This document shows positions 63,891-64,000 of a stretch of 64,000 nt of DNA, one piece after another. Under the pieces are notes generated by a model that did no database searches, was not told the origin of the DNA, and saw only the letters and a program-made list of their open reading frames with translations. The DNA comes from the human T2T-CHM13v2.0 reference genome, Homo sapiens, in assembly GCF_009914755.1 (NCBI RefSeq), contig NC_060947.1. One strand, written 5' to 3'. The position numbers and the translations under genes are program-made. The number at the start of each line of letters is the position of its first letter. Within the stretch, counting starts at the first letter, position 1.

Positions 63891-64000
63891 AGATTTCCAA
63901 GGGAAAAAATTGTATAAGAGTAAAATGAACGGCCCCAAGAAGTAGTGAATTAGTTATCTTGCATTTATTGGAGTGTAATTTGATTAAACCCAGATAATGG

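Overview
AT-rich, repeat-dense hominoid (human-like) genomic DNA. I found no recognisable host protein-coding exon, RNA gene or CpG-island promoter. Most of the window is nested transposable-element sequence: ERV1, ERVL and MaLR LTRs and internal pieces, a solo LTR13, HSMAR2, MER47/MER5/MER58 MITEs, 12 Alu copies, many L1 fragments and several microsatellites. The main element is a full-length minus-strand L1PA2/L1PA3-type LINE-1 (38922-44999, 17-bp TSD). Its 338-aa ORF1 is open. Its 1217-aa ORF2 has a 3-codon deletion, substitutions in the RPISL motif and a templated-insertion frameshift that removes the last 60 aa, and its antisense ORF0 is cut by a CGA>TGA stop. I cannot support a novel biological system here. 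The best leads are retrotransposition and repair scars, an unexplained hairpin at about 36.64-36.71 kb, and purine-rich repeat expansions. Subfamily names come from recalled consensus sequences and need RepeatMasker/Dfam confirmation.
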